Assembly (NCBI GenBank): GCA_040753215.1
Contig: JBFMEZ010000017.1
Span: 1-16,307, forward strand
Origin: Candidatus Micrarchaeota archaeon
GTDB lineage: Archaea > Micrarchaeota > Micrarchaeia > Anstonellales > Bilamarchaeaceae
Direction: 5' to 3'
Length of the DNA stretch: 16,307 bases
Shown here: positions 15,493 to 16,307 of the stretch, piece by piece
How positions within the stretch are numbered: the first letter of the stretch is position 1
How the letters are laid out: every line of letters begins with the position of its first letter
Translations under genes and position numbers: made by a program
The notes under the pieces: model-generated
The model's input: the letters and a program-made list of their open reading frames with translations, nothing else
The model's database searches: none
Told to the model about the DNA's origin: nothing

Positions 15493-15894
15493 ATGCTCAT
15501 CGTCAGAGGGGAAAGCGGGCTGGCTGCGGAGGAATTGCTACGGAGAGCAATAGAGAAGAGAATAGTATTGCTGGATGCCGGGAAAGTGGGCTCGCTGGAA
15601 GAGCTGGAACTGGCTTATGTGCTGGCGAAAAAAAGTTTGGGGGACGGGAGCGCGATTTCTAAAAAAATGGAAATAGAGTTTGTGCTGTGGCTGGCGGGAA
15701 AGAAGGATATACGGCGGGCGTTTGAGGAAGCGGGATGGAAGAAAGGGGAATTGATTGCGGTTGCTTTCGGGATGGGAAAGAAGGAATTGCTCGCGGAACT
15801 GGAACTGAAAGAGAGGAAACTGGAAACCGGGAACTGGAAACTGGGTGCTGGATGGGAAGCGGTGGAAAGGATTAGCTTGAGCCGGATTTCGTGA
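15493..15894 (+). CDS. cgi121: KEOPS complex subunit Cgi121-like protein
   Basis: LDAGKVGSLEELELAYVLAKKSL...ISKKMEIEFVLWLAGKKDIRRAF and terminal VERISL resemble Cgi121. Start uncertain (15493 or 15457). Confidence 0.72.
   Translation: MLIVRGESGLAAEELLRRAIEKRIVLLDAGKVGSLEELELAYVLAKKSLGDGSAISKKMEIEFVLWLAGKKDIRRAFEEAGWKKGELIAVAFGMGKKELLAELELKERKLETGNWKLGAGWEAVERISLSRIS
15815..15842 (+). repeat. Four tandem GGAAACT-type heptamers inside the cgi121-like gene
   Basis: ggaaact-ggaaacc-gggaact-ggaaact, read as RKLETGNWKL. Confidence 0.85.
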
Positions 15895-15946
15895 ATGCGG
15901 CTCCGACGGGGAAAGCTATTTAAACTGTTTAATAAAGTATAATATT

Positions 15947-16237
15947 ATGGGTTTTGATGCGGCCAGCGCAATCCAGCAGAAATATGCACCTATTCTCTGG
16001 AACGATGAGCTAGCCTGGAAGCTGGCAATAAGGTTCCGGAGTTTCCACGCGGAAGAAGGAAGGACGCGGAAAAACCTGGAGATGGAGTTCAAATACCTGC
16101 TCGGCGACCTGGCGTGGGAAAGGAAGCTGGAAATACTAATGGACATGCACGGGCGGGCGAAGGGCGGGGAAAGGCAGATTGTGAACCTCCACGGCCTAAA
16201 CAGACTGTCCGGCAATTGGTCTCAGAACCAGATGTAA
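15947..16237 (+). CDS. Hypothetical protein, 96 aa
   Basis: ATG lies 30 nt after TATTTAAA (15917-15924), codon usage is host-like, and a T-rich tract follows. Confidence 0.6.
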   Translation: MGFDAASAIQQKYAPILWNDELAWKLAIRFRSFHAEEGRTRKNLEMEFKYLLGDLAWERKLEILMDMHGRAKGGERQIVNLHGLNRLSGNWSQNQM

Positions 16238-16307
16238 TGATGCAGACTATGAAAATTCCCACCGGCAGGCCTAATGATTGTTTCTTTTCTGCTTCGCCCA
16301 CACCCTC

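Noticed and set aside
15920..15932. ttaaac-t-gtttaa palindrome as a second MNT operator
   Set aside because: Half-site orientation and spacing differ from GTTTA-N7-TAAAC, and such a match is plausible by chance in an AT-rich promoter.

Overview
Archaeal chromosomal segment. Evidence: rps8e, a Cgi121-like gene, OGG2-type 8-oxoG glycosylase, a COG1361 S-layer-like gene, GGTGA ribosome-binding sites, and TATA boxes about 30 nt before many starts. The gene set suggests a DPANN lineage such as Micrarchaeota, but this is inference only. Most genes are ordinary: amidohydrolase, ferritin-like protein, ogg, an MNT-HEPN toxin-antitoxin pair, a MacB-type ABC operon, an alpha/beta hydrolase, glutamate dehydrogenase, a membrane-anchored thioredoxin-fold protein, metG, rps8e, cgi121 and three orphans. 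Four non-routine signals stand out. (1) A ~240-nt minus-strand structured RNA candidate (3784-4024) has its own TATA box, a closing helix and a loop complementary to the RBS of the next gene. (2) That gene encodes a 50-aa Lys-rich protein absent from the ORF track (3531-3683). (3) A GGAAACT-heptamer/palindrome repeat family occurs once between genes and three times inside reading frames, including a ~55-60 codon hairpin-rich insertion in the hydrolase. (4) A synonymously recoded second copy of the last 11 codons of ogg lies just before the toxin-antitoxin module. All RNA structures were paired by eye; no searches were run.
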